Below, one piece after another: positions 13,226 through 24,677 of a DNA stretch of 64,000 nucleotides. The notes beneath the pieces are model-generated. The model was given only the letters and a program-made list of their open reading frames with translations. It searched no databases and was not told where the DNA came from. The stretch lies in the NCBI GenBank assembly GCA_964016885.1, contig OZ024747.1, positions 79,608,001 through 79,672,000 of the forward strand, given 5' to 3'. This stretch comes from Eledone cirrhosa. Its lineage: Eukaryota. How positions within the stretch are numbered: position 1 is the stretch's first letter; each line of letters opens with the position of its first letter. The translations under genes were made by a program, and so were the position numbers.

Positions 13226-13812
13226 CAGAACTTGTCAAGGCAGAATTCTAGGAGAAGGAAAACTCTGATATAACACCTGCAACCCTGATGGTATCCAATG
13301 ATGTTGACTTGTTCTTCTTTTTGGTAAATATCATCTTGGTTAAGAGAGTGGGACTGGCTTTGTGCAGTGCCTTTGCTCACTATAAAAGCTTCACGGCACA
13401 GGCATTGCTTTATATCTTAAGATCTCTCTGCACTTGTCGTCACATGGTTCCATGGGCCCAGGACTATGTGTCAATAATTGTCACAGGTGTAGTGTTTGTA
13501 CCAGAGTTTTCAAGTCGCTGGCTGGACTAAAAAGTCACACTCGTTCAGCGCATCGGTAGGGGTTCTCCTACATGGATATAAAGTAGTGGCCGTACTCGAA
13601 AACGAGTTGGCAGCCACCATGTTATATCAGGTAGCTCTCGAGTGCTACTGGTAACATGTATCCCAGTACAACCTGTCTCATGGTCAGTGACTAAATCGGC
13701 AACCCCACCAAGTTAGCTTGGTAAGGAGGGGGATATATGGACACCCTGCGGGATGAAATACAAGACCTGGCAAAGACGGAGGAACTCAACAGAGTCAACG
13801 GCCATTCAAATA
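13226..13812 (+). mobile_element. RTE-derived non-autonomous (bipartite) element, tandem partial copies
   Basis: RTE-5'UTR-like ggagaaggaaaactctg; terminal C2H2-like peptide CSVCTRVFKSLAGLKSHTRSAHR* (13488-13559); tail gtggccgtactcgaaaacgag...gcagccacc; second copy at 30418-30708. Confidence 0.7.
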
Positions 13813-13887
13813 GTACTTTTTTTTTCACCTGGGAGTTAAAGGCCCCCAGTTGTCATAACACTTTTCTAAGAGAGAGAAACTCTGAAA

Positions 13888-13918
<31 letters not shown>

Positions 13919-14341
13919 TGTATGTATGTATGTATGTATGTATGTGTGTATGTATGTATGACTGTATATATGTATGTATGTACGTATGTATGTGTGTATG
14001 TATGTATGTATGTATGTATGTATGTATGTACGTATGTATGTGTGTATGTATGTATGTACGTACGTATGTATGTGTGTATGTATGAATGTATGTATGTAAA
14101 CGCGCGCTCGTGTGTGTGTGTATAGCCCCAGGCATCATAAATCAATAGATATATTTACCTTCATTAAGTTGTGTGCACAGATTGATGTACTTTTAAGTAT
14201 ACACATACACACACACACATATATATATATAGATATACACGCACTCACACATATGTACACACACGTATTCACATACATACATACATACATACATACATAC
14301 ATACATACATACATACATACATACATACATACATACATACA

Positions 14342-14373
<32 letters not shown>

Positions 14374-14653
14374 CACCAACAGATTTATATTCACATACAT
14401 ACGGATGTAGTAATTGATTGTAATCGATCGAGTTCCAATATTTTGTTCCAAAATGAAACCGAGAAATTTAAAAACGTCTCCGATATATTATGGTAAGTGG
14501 CCAGGGGAGATTTCAGCTGGAGGGGAATGAGCTTCGACAGATTTAAATGGTTAGCCCAAACCACATGTATCAATGGCACCACTACAACTCCACCAGAAGT
14601 TAAGGACACGTATATGCGGTGGACGTGATAATTTTAAGAGCGTCATACAAAAT

Positions 14654-16312
14654 ATTCGATGGACAGGGTGTAAATCTCTATTCTGGGACGCCACATGTTG
14701 CTACATGTTTTCCATAATGCAGAGGAGCGGAAGATAACGAAATACCGGGACTTGACTGACTGCTCCCTTTTGATGCCAGTCGCTGTCGTGATCTCCGGAG
14801 TCCTCGGTCTCTTGGACTACCGGAAGGAGTACACCCTGCCTGTCAAGATCTCTGGAGTCCTCGGTCCCTTGGACTACCGGAAGGAGTACACCCTGCCTGT
14901 CAAGATCTCCGGAGTCCTCGGTCCCTTGTACTACCGGAAGGAGTACACCCTGCCTGTCAAGATCTCCGGAGTCCTCGGTCTCTTAGTCTTCCGGAAGGAG
15001 TACACCCTGCCTGTCAAGATCTCCGGAGTCCTCGGTCTCTTGGACTGCCGGAAGGAGTACAACTTCGCTGTCGTGATCTCCGGAGTCCTCGGTCTCTTGG
15101 ACTACCGGAAGGAGTACACCCTTCCTGTCAAGATCTCCGGAGTCCTCGGTCTCTTGGACTGCCGGAAGGAGTACACCCTGCCTGTCAAGATCTCCGGAGT
15201 CCTCGGTCTCTTGGACTACCGGAAGGAGTACACCCTTCCTGTCAAGATCTCCGGAGTCCTCGGTCCCTTGGACTACCGGAAGGAGTACACCCTTCCTGTC
15301 AAGATCTCCGGAGTCCTCGGTCCCTTGGACTACCGGAAGGAGTACACCCTTCCTGTCAAGATCTTTGGAGTCCTCGGTCCCTTGGACTACCGGAAGGAGT
15401 ACACCCTTCCTGTCAAGATCTCTGGAGTCCTCGGTCCCTTGGACTACCGGAAGGAGTACACCCTTCCTGTCAAGATCTCCGGAGTCCTCGGTCTCTTGGA
15501 CTACCGGAAGGAGTACACCCTTCCTGTCAAGATCTCTGGAGTCCTCGGTCCCTTGGACTACCGGAAGGAGTACACCCTTCCTGTCAAGATCTCTGGAGTC
15601 CTCGGTCCCTTGGACTACCGGAAGGAGTACACCCTTCCTGTCAAGATCTCCGGAGTCCTCGGTCCCTTGGACTACCGGAAGGAGTACAACTTCGCTGTCG
15701 TGATCTCCGGAGTCCTCGGTCCCTTGGACTACCGGAAGGAGTACACCCTGCCTGTCAAGATCTCCGGAGTCCTCGGTCCCTTGGACTACCGGAAGGAGTA
15801 CACCCTGCCTGTCAAGATCTCCGGAGTCCTCGGTCCCTTGGACTACCGGAAGGAGTACACCCTGCCTGTCAAGATCTCCGGAGTCCTCGGTCCCTTGGAC
15901 TACCGGAAGGAGTACACCCTTCCTGTCAAGATCTCCGGAGTCCTCGGTCCCTTGGACTACCGGAAGGAGTACACCCTTCCTGTCAAGATCTCCGGAGTCC
16001 TCGGTCTCTTGGACTACCGGAAGGAGTACACCCTTCCTGTCAAGATCTCCGGAGTCCTCGGTCCCTTGGACTACCGGAAGGAGTACACCCTTCCTGTCAA
16101 GATCTCCGGAGTCCTCGGTCTCTTGGACTACCGGAAGGAGTACACCCTTCCTGTCAAGATCTCTGGAGTCCTCGGTCCCTTGGACTACCGGAAGGAGTAC
16201 ACCCTTCCTGTCAAGATCTCCGGAGTCCTCGAGTCCTCTGTCCCTTGGACTTCGAGAAGGAGAACATCCTGGAATGGCTGAGGCAGCTGGTGTCGCTTGC
16301 TGTTCTCTGTGA
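14654..16312 (+). pseudogene. Restriction-like endonuclease (CRE-type non-LTR retrotransposon) C-terminal remnant interrupted by a minisatellite
   Basis: WTGCKSLFWDATC, then (frameshifted) AEERKITKYRDL....PVAVVISGVLG, and after the array WLRQLVSLAVL; matches the W..G..L.WD.T / AE..K..KY / P.A.ET.G..G / L.QR.S.A pattern of CRE-type RLEs. Confidence 0.7.
14790..16230. repeat. 57-bp minisatellite, ~25 units, with stop-free reading frames on both strands
   Basis: Unit atctccggagtcctcggtcccttggactaccggaaggagtacacccttcctgtcaag (19 codons). Confidence 0.97.
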
Positions 16313-16634
16313 CTTTTGTTATCTCGTTCTAGTGGGGCAACTGAGATATACCGACTAGCTAGAGGTGTAGAGTTTGCTCCTCCCTTCATCCCCCCCTCCC
16401 TATTTACCCCCCCCCCCCCCATTTTGCTCCCTTGTTTACTATTGTTATCCTTTTTTTCTTTTTTTTAAACTACATTCATCATTGTATACTTCTGTTCAAC
16501 AATAAATTCATCTTCTTTCATGTTTATAAAATCAAAAAAGATCTTTAGTTTCTCAAAATCTTTCCAACATAAATTGATAGCGTTTTTTATTTTATTTTAT
16601 TTTTTAATAACAAGACTATTTTTATTCACGTCGA

Positions 16635-16671
16635 CGGACATGTTTTAGTCTTATGAGACCTCCTCAGCGAA
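16635..16671 (-). ncRNA. Degenerate hammerhead motif (GAAA mutated to AAAA)
   Basis: Minus strand: UUCG-CUGAGGA-GGUCU CAUA AGACU-AAAA-CAUG-UC-CG, followed by AAUAAA. Confidence 0.5.
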
Positions 16672-17877
16672 GCAGAGTATTCCACAGTTCACTACCGTAT
16701 TCTCTCCTTACCACTTCCTCACTTCTTTATTTCTTTGCCTTTCTTGCTTTTCCTCGTTCTCTCGCTCTCTTCCTCCCCTTCTCTCTCTCCTCTCCTCTCC
16801 CTCCCTCCTTTCCTTATCCCCTCCCTCCCCTCACCTCCCTCCCTTTCCTAACCCCTCCCTCTCCGTATCTCCCATCTTCCTCCCTCCTTTCCCTCTCCGT
16901 CTTCCCCCTCCAAACTCCCCCTCCACTCTCTAACACATATGTACTTTTTATAGTCAAGTTTATTCAGTTCAATACTTCAACTCATTCTACAATGTTGTGT
17001 AAAGTCAGCGAAACCAATTTGATTAAAGCAGACGATTGTCTTCTTTCTTGCCACATTTCTTTCTTTGTTTCTTTATTTAAATCAATTAAATTGTTTCTTG
17101 GATTCCACTTTTTCTTTTTCTTTGATTTATTTGTTAGATTTTTATAAAAGATTTTCACAGTTGAGGTTTTATTGATAAAAGCTGAACATATGGAACTGGC
17201 TGACCTAATTATGTTCCATCTGTATGGAATTCTCTCAACCTATGTCTCTTGGATTCTCTTATGTCTGTTTGGCTGTTTATTTGACTGTCAGTTTGTCTGT
17301 CTGTCTGTCTGTCTGTCTATCTGTCTGTTTCTTCGTTTGTCTGTCTATCTGTCTGTCGTCTTTGTTGTTGTTGTTGCTGTTGTTGTTGTTGTTAGTGTTG
17401 TTGTTATTGCTATTTTTGTTGTCGATGTTGGTGGTAGAGGTGGCGGTAGTAGTGGTGGTTGTTGCTGTGGTAGTATTCGTGGTGGTGGTTGTTGTGGTGG
17501 TGGTAGTGGTGGTGGTGGTTGTGGTGGTGGTGATAGTTGTTGTGGTGGTGGTGGTTTTGGTGTTTGTTGGGGTGGTAGTGGTGGTGGTAGTGGTGGTTGT
17601 GGTGGTGGTAGTGGTGGTAGTGGCAGTTGTGGTGGTGGTAGTAGTCGTGGTAGTATAGTGTTTTGGTGGTGTGGTGGTGGTAGTGGCGGTGGTGGTGGTT
17701 GCAGACACACACACACACACACACACACACAATATATATATATATATATATATAGGAGGTGAGTTTTATTGTAGTACAATAAAGCAATGCAGATATCGGA
17801 TAAGAAGCACTCTACAGTTTGTGGGACTGGAGTATGCATAATATAAGATCAAAAGATGGTTAAAGGAGTTCAATATA

Positions 17878-17944
17878 TTTTATTATGCGCATTTCAAAAA
17901 CAAACATCATCAAACAATAATATTTGTGTTTTCATCAGATAAAA
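17878..17944 (-). ncRNA. Minimal type I hammerhead ribozyme
   Basis: Reverse complement of 18062-18128. Confidence 0.85.
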
Positions 17945-18061
17945 CAGGAGAACATGATATGAAGGCTAAAAAAACACTTGTTGATAGTGCAGTTTTTATA
18001 TGTTGATTTAAAACTGCACTATCAACAAGTGTTTTTTTAGCCTTCATATCATGTTCTCCTG

Positions 18062-18128
18062 TTTTATCTGATGAAAACACAAATATTATTGTTTGATGAT
18101 GTTTGTTTTTGAAATGCGCATAATAAAA
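18062..18128 (+). ncRNA. Minimal type I hammerhead ribozyme
   Basis: UUUUAU-CUGAUGA-(stem II)-GAAA-UGCGCA-UA-AUAAAA: 6-bp stem I, full core, palindromic stem III, predicted AUA cleavage after 18122. Confidence 0.88.
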
Positions 18129-18160
18129 TATATTGAACTCCTTTAACCATCTTTTGATCT

Positions 18161-18231
<71 letters not shown>

Positions 18232-18244
18232 TATATTTATATGT

Positions 18245-18433
18245 AACAAAGTAAATGTGGTAAGGAACCAGATGGACCATAACGCACCAGAGTACTCAAT
18301 ACTTAGGGTAGTAGAGTGGGAAATAGGAAAAAGCATGACCCCGACGGCAGAGCTCAAGCCGTTTCGACGGCTATTTCTGGAGTCCAGAAATAGCCATCGA
18401 AACGGCTTGAGCTCTGCCGTCGGGGTCATACTT

Positions 18434-18440
<7 letters not shown>
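18245..18440. mobile_element. Palindromic non-autonomous element, copy 2 (opposite orientation to copy 1)
   Basis: Tail gaccataacgcaccagagtactcaatacttagggtagtagagtggg, then a palindrome centred on tttctgg-agt-ccagaaa; (TA)n on both sides. Confidence 0.85.
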
Positions 18441-18524
<84 letters not shown>

Positions 18525-18905
18525 TATGTTATCATAGCATCATGACTAAGATAGATAGAAAATGTATTGTGTTTGTGTGTTTATGTGTAAAATTTGAGGT
18601 ATTATTATAGTTAATAGCTTAACACTAACAACAATAACCCGAATGTCAGCGAACATTGAAGTATCATTAAAACAAAAACAATAAAAACAAACAAACAACT
18701 GATACTAAAAGAAACCCAAACAGTTATTGTTCCTTAAAACCAGAAATACAAAGGACGACATTTAAAGATCCTCCATACTCGGATATTATTACAACTAACA
18801 GAACATACTATTGAAACACACAAACACACACACACACTCACGCACACACACACACGCGCGCACACACACACAACACACACACACTCACACACACACACTC
18901 ACACT

Positions 18906-18936
<31 letters not shown>

Positions 18937-19001
18937 ACACGCACACACACATACACACACAAACACACGCGCACAACCACAGAGCCACAGACACATGTAT
19001 G

Positions 19002-19075
19002 CAGTGAAATTCCGTTATAACGAAATTCAAGGGGTATAAAAAATTCGTCATAGTGGTATTCGTTATAACGAATGA
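19002..19075 (+). mobile_element. pogo/Tigger-like MITE terminus
   Basis: CAGTGAAATTCCGTTATAACGAA with a repeated cgttataacg subterminal motif; no partner end found. Confidence 0.45.
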
Positions 19076-19142
19076 TGAAACATCGATGAAAATATAGTCT
19101 AGATAGATGAGAAACAAAACGAGGATGTAGTTTATGGAACAC

Positions 19143-19618
19143 CCAAATGATTTAGAAGTCGACCTTAAGTAGGAGCAATAACATTAAGAAAGACATGAAC
19201 GGCACTACATCATTTTGTTTTGAAAATTTTGAAAGTAGGTTTATAAGTATGAATTTTCATAAGATTATCGTAGTAGTTTCCGTGGCCTAGCGATAGGTAA
19301 TAGAGACGGTGGAGATCCTGACCTTGCGTTCAATTCTGGCCAAGAGGTACATGTAGTCTCTTTCAGTTTTTATTTTACATACTATAGAAAAAAAAACTGA
19401 AAAGGTTTAGCCGACCAGGATGGAACTTCAGACCAGGATCACCGCCGCCTATGATTCCTCAAAGTAGGCCAGTGAGACAGCTACTGAACTATAATGAAAG
19501 TTAATAATTATCAACTTACTTTCAAAATCAAAGTTTAAAAGATGTGGTGTCATTCGTGGCTTTCCTAGAGCTATTAGTCATATTTAGGGTCGACTTGTCA
19601 ATCTTCTGGCCCTTTGGT
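19143..19618. mobile_element. Old degenerate foldback (palindromic) element with tRNA-like segments in both arms
   Basis: Left arm (aagtcgacc, gaaag.ca.gaa, ttttgaaagta.gtt, tggccta, gatcctg, tttcagttttt) is mirrored in the right arm; centre at ~19375-19390. Confidence 0.7.
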
Positions 19619-19766
19619 AACAACCTTATTATTCCTGTGTGTGTTTAACTGTTGAATTAATTTTATTTTATTATTTTAACAAACAAATAATATATATATA
19701 AATATATATGTACAGTGGCGGACTGGCCAGGATGCCCAAAAGCCAGTGGTATATATATGTATATAA

Positions 19767-19871
<105 letters not shown>

Positions 19872-19959
19872 ATTACATTGAGCTATACCTTCACTGTTAT
19901 TTCTATAATATGAAGAGGGTGTTTAACTCCAACACACTCTAGTATTTTAATTCTTATAT

Positions 19960-19997
<38 letters not shown>

Positions 19998-20084
19998 ATA
20001 AATATATATATATAAATATATATATATAAATATATATGTATAAATATATATATATAAATATATATATATAAATATATATGTATA

Positions 20085-20127
<43 letters not shown>

Positions 20128-20130
<3 letters not shown>

Positions 20131-20379
20131 GGAGGTGAGTTTTATTGTAGCACAATAAAGCAATGCAAATATCGGATTAGTAGCACTCAACAGTTTATAG
20201 GACTGGAGTATAAATAATATTAAATCAAAAGATGGTTAAAAGAGTTCCATGTATTTTATTATGCGCATTTCAAAAACAAATATCATCATGGGATGATATT
20301 TGCGTACTCATCAGATAAAATAGGGAGACATGATATGAAGCTTAAAAAACACTTGCGAGCAGTGAAGTGTTAAATCAAC

Positions 20380-20384
<5 letters not shown>
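20128..20384 (-). mobile_element. Second copy of the 17753 hammerhead element family (single arm)
   Basis: Colinear with 17753-17996; (TA)n on both sides. Confidence 0.9.
20254..20320 (-). ncRNA. Minimal type I hammerhead ribozyme
   Basis: Minus strand: UUUUAU-CUGAUGA-...CAAAUAUCAUC CCAU GAUGAUAUUUG...-GAAA-UGCGCA-UA-AUAAAA. Confidence 0.88.
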
Positions 20385-20459
<75 letters not shown>

Positions 20460-21171
20460 TATTTGTATTCTTCTCTTGCAGACATCGGCCATGTTTAGAC
20501 TCGGAGAAGGATGGGGTTAAACCAGGTTTAAATGTCTCGACAACACCCCTAGGACTCCATCAAGAGTTAAGAGCCCAAAGCATAGAATAGCAAAGAAAAG
20601 ATGTAGAAATATTTTGGGAAATTGAAAAAAAGAGCACAAACAACCAAAACAGAAAAAAAACAAAAAAAAACAGAAAAAATACCAACAAAGCAAAACTGAA
20701 TGATTTGCAAAATTGTTGTTTATTTATAATTCTCTCTCCAGCCATACTTCTTTTCCTACAAAACCTACTTTCTGCCTATAAAGAGAAATCAGCATCAGCT
20801 GTTTCAACAACATCAATACTGTTATGTAATTATGGTTTCTTATTTAGGCAAAAGGGCAGCAATTTGTTGGGAAGGGAAAGCCGATATGTGTATTTTATTG
20901 ACTCCGGAATAATAACAAAGTGGACCTCGGCAGGATTTAAACTCAAAACGTAAAGCATTTTGTTTGACGCTCTTAAAATTGTCATGTCCACCGCATATAC
21001 GTGCCCTTAACTTCCGATAGAGTCGTAGTGGTGCCATTGTTTCATGTGGTTTGGGTTAACCATTTAACCCAAACCACATGAAACAATGGCATTTAAACCT
21101 GGCGTAGCCCATTCCTCTCCAGCTGATTTCTTCCAAAGATTGAATGATATATATACAGAGAGAGGGGGGGT

Positions 21172-21246
<75 letters not shown>

Positions 21247-21282
21247 AAAGAGAGAAGAAATGAAAAATAGATATGGAGAAAA

Positions 21283-21425
21283 AATTGATCCAGTACTGAA
21301 CTGATACTTTATTTATCCATCACGAAATGGTGAGAGCCAAAGTTGATCTCGGCTGGATTTTAACTCAGAACCTTAAAGAACCGCTGCAAATATCGACCTT
21401 CTACCAATTTTACCAATCCACTGCC
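21283..21425 (-). mobile_element. SINE fragment (another at ~20865-20975)
   Basis: Reverse complement of the ctgagtt.aaat..gccgag.tcaacttt...ataaaataaagta.cagt body. Confidence 0.7.
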
Positions 21426-21728
21426 TTTAGATTATAAATGATGATTTCCATTACAGCAAACAGCTACAAATTCTGGAAGAGTCGGGTTGCTTCCGGTTAC
21501 GGTACACGTTTAGTGTGGTTAAATAAAGTGTACAGGGCATCTACCTTCCTTTTAACAGTGTTCCACCCATGACAATTCACCCTCTTTTTCAACTCCAGTC
21601 ATTCAATCCATTTAAAAGCGCACCAACCGTGACAATCCACTTTAATTACTATAATTTTTATTCAACAAAATGGCTACCAATTTAATGCATTGTTTTCTGG
21701 GCAGCACCGCGTAATCGTTTAGTTATTA

Positions 21729-21828
<100 letters not shown>

Positions 21829-22073
21829 ATATACATATATTCAGACACACACACATATATATATATATGATGGCTGCAAACTCTGCTAAGAATATTGCAA
21901 TCACTTGTCAGATTATAGAATTTGGTGCACTTTTAGGCTACGGCCAGTTACACAAACCTGTAACATATGCTGAAAAAGCAATGCTTGTACTTTGAAGGTT
22001 TTTAAGTGTATGTATATATATATATACATACACACATACATGCATACATATATCTATCTATCTATCTATCTAT

Positions 22074-22131
22074 CTATTGGGGATTTCGATTGTTATATTT
22101 TCATGTTAAAACTGTGGCAAATAAAGAAATA
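22074..22131 (+). mobile_element. Short 3' end of a Tx1-related LINE within (TATC)n
   Basis: ctattggggattt.gattgttatattttcat...tgtggcaaataaagaaat parallels the 3'UTR of the full-length element (28200-28359). Confidence 0.6.
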
Positions 22132-22542
22132 TATCTATCTTTCTCTATATAACTTTACCTTCTTCCATTCTCGTTCTCCCTTTCGAACAATCAAATATTT
22201 TTCCCTTCATCACTCACTCACTCTCTCCCCTTCTTCCTTGTTTGCTATCCCCCCCCTCCCCTCATTATATTCCTATTTCTTCCTCAATCTCTCCCTTTCT
22301 CTCTTTCTATTATTATTATTATTATTATTGAATGCCATGGTTGACGGAGGCTCGGCTCTGTAAGGTATAGTAATTTTTAACCCTTAAAACAATTGTAAAT
22401 TGTTTAAAACTTGAACCAAATTGTTGATAAAGACACCCTCCTCCTCGTGAGAGGGGTCTTTCTGTCCGTTATTTGGCCCTTCGGGGTTAAATAATCAGTT
22501 ATTGGGGTTTTGTACCCAAAATTTCATTTTAAACAAAAAAAC

Positions 22543-24642
22543 ATGGCTACCAAAAAAAAAAAATTTCATACGTCACTCCCACTCATTCCGTCTTCTTCTT
22601 CCTCAATCATCACTACAGGAGAGAGAAGATTGTCTCTCTCCCTCCCTTCTTTAAATGTGTCTCTCTCCCTACCTTCTCTTTCGCAAGCGACGAAAGAAAA
22701 GAAAAGTCTCGTGCAAAGCGTGCAAGGTTTCTCCACGACGACGACGACAGCGACGAAACAGGTGTGCGGGAAATACGAAAACCCAGTTCATTCGTCTGAC
22801 GTCAGGAATAATAGCAGTAGCAGCCGTAATAACAACAGCAACAGTGACAATGAAAACAACAGTAGCAGCCGCAACAGCATCACCAGCAGCATAAACAACA
22901 ACAGCATTAGCAGCAGCAACACCAACAACAACCACAGCAACAGCGGCGGAGGCAGTAGTCGTAGTACCTGCAGCAACAACAAAAGTACCAGCAGCTCTGA
23001 CGACAACAACAACAGCAGAGAAAAACCAATCTCATTTGCAGGTATTGCGAAAAACCTGGAAACAATCCTCATAACAAATGAGGAATTAGAGGAAGCGAAG
23101 AAGATGGTGACAAAGAACGGACACCGAGCAATCTGCAAGGCAGCGAAAAATTTTTTCGAAACCCAAGAGCACTGTACGGTCACGTACCGTACAGTAAGTA
23201 CAAAATCCCGTAGGGTGGAAAGAGCCACAGAGGCCCAAATACAAAAAGCCTTGGGGTCTGTGTGGCAGAGGAAAACGCACATCACCCGAGGCAAAAAATA
23301 CGCCACCGTAGACGTACTTTTTGCCACACCCCAGGAGGCAAAGGCCCAATCAGTAGTGACCCTAAGGAGCGAGGAAATGGTGTTGGTGCCCTCCTACTGC
23401 GGGCAAAAAATTGTGAGGGTCAAACTGACCCACGTCCCCCCCGGAATGACCCCTTCTTGGCTGGCCGCGTCTGTCCTCGTCGGAATCGAGGACAAAACAA
23501 CTGTACTGCAAGTACAGAAAAAAGTAAGAGAAGATTGGGTCGGCTCCTCCATTGAGATGCTAATCCAAACCAACCAGGAGTGCATCGAAGCTATCCCGGA
23601 TGCGATAGACTTCGATAACGGCACTCAACTGCCCATAAGTGTTGAGGGCAAACGCCCGAAATGCTTTCGCTGTGGATCGAAGACTCACCTCAGGGCCTTC
23701 TGCAACGAGAAGACCCTGAGAAAGGAGAAAACCCCCCTCCTCCCGAATCCGGTTCCACGGCTACCAGCAACAGGACAAGCGGCAACCAGGAACGATAGGT
23801 CCGTGGCACCCATACCCACTCCACGGAAATCAAAGACAGCAGCAGCAGTGGAAATATTAACAACAACAACAGCAATACCAAATGCAGCTGCAACAGAGAC
23901 TCCAGTGCAAACATCACCAACAACAACAAGTGAAAGAGTGGAGCTGGTACCCCTCCCCGACCTTACAGAATCAGACATGGAGTGTGAGGTGGGAGAGGGA
24001 TGGCAAAAGGTCTCAAGAAGGCACAAACGCAGAAGCAGCGCATCGTCGCCTTTGAAAAGGGAGGAAAGAAATGAGAAAAGGGTAAAGTCTACTGCAAAGA
24101 GACCCACAGCAGCAACACCACCAACACCATCACCACCCACACCAGCACCACCATCACCACCGGCGACAACCCCACCGCCAACAACACCTTCAACACCACC
24201 ACCACAAGCACCAACATCGCAAACACAACAACAAAACACACACACCCAGCAACAACGACAAGAAAATAGCAGAACCACACCCCACCCCCAGAAAAACAAA
24301 TGCACGGCAATAAACACACACAACAAGAAACTAATGACTTACATAATTGAACACACAGACATTTCACAACAGGACTACATAATACCAGCACCAATCAAAA
24401 CGCCAACTAACATAAGACTGCTAAAAATAGCACAGAAACAATACACAAACATTAAAACGAAATTTCCCAACGCAGTTGGTGATTTCAGGGACCTAGGAGG
24501 AACCATTAATCGAAGAGTATATTCAGACATTCTCTTAGAAGAGCCGACGACCAGCCGAAGGGACGATTCAACGGTCCCTTCACCAGACGATCAAGTGAAA
24601 AGGGATGTAAAAACCATCCCTCCTCTACCAAAAATACGGTAA
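22543..24642 (+). CDS. LINE ORF1 (gag-like nucleic-acid-binding protein with CCHC zinc knuckle), 699 aa from first ATG
   Basis: CFRCGSKTHLRAFC knuckle, WQKVSRR basic motif, Ser/Asn- and Pro/Thr-rich disordered segments; lies directly upstream of ORF2. Confidence 0.88.
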   Translation: MATKKKKFHTSLPLIPSSSSSIITTGERRLSLSLPSLNVSLSLPSLSQATKEKKSLVQSVQGFSTTTTTATKQVCGKYENPVHSSDVRNNSSSSRNNNSNSDNENNSSSRNSITSSINNNSISSSNTNNNHSNSGGGSSRSTCSNNKSTSSSDDNNNSREKPISFAGIAKNLETILITNEELEEAKKMVTKNGHRAICKAAKNFFETQEHCTVTYRTVSTKSRRVERATEAQIQKALGSVWQRKTHITRGKKYATVDVLFATPQEAKAQSVVTLRSEEMVLVPSYCGQKIVRVKLTHVPPGMTPSWLAASVLVGIEDKTTVLQVQKKVREDWVGSSIEMLIQTNQECIEAIPDAIDFDNGTQLPISVEGKRPKCFRCGSKTHLRAFCNEKTLRKEKTPLLPNPVPRLPATGQAATRNDRSVAPIPTPRKSKTAAAVEILTTTTAIPNAAATETPVQTSPTTTSERVELVPLPDLTESDMECEVGEGWQKVSRRHKRRSSASSPLKREERNEKRVKSTAKRPTAATPPTPSPPTPAPPSPPATTPPPTTPSTPPPQAPTSQTQQQNTHTQQQRQENSRTTPHPQKNKCTAINTHNKKLMTYIIEHTDISQQDYIIPAPIKTPTNIRLLKIAQKQYTNIKTKFPNAVGDFRDLGGTINRRVYSDILLEEPTTSRRDDSTVPSPDDQVKRDVKTIPPLPKIR

Positions 24643-24677
24643 GTGGTCTTTCCCATCTTTTCCACTCTATTTTAAAC

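Larger units (their letters stand above)
17753..18168. mobile_element. Penelope-type non-autonomous element with 159-bp inverted arms, each carrying a hammerhead
   Basis: Arms 17838-17996 and 18010-18168 are reverse complements; flanked by (TA)n; single-arm homolog at 20128-20384. Confidence 0.9.
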
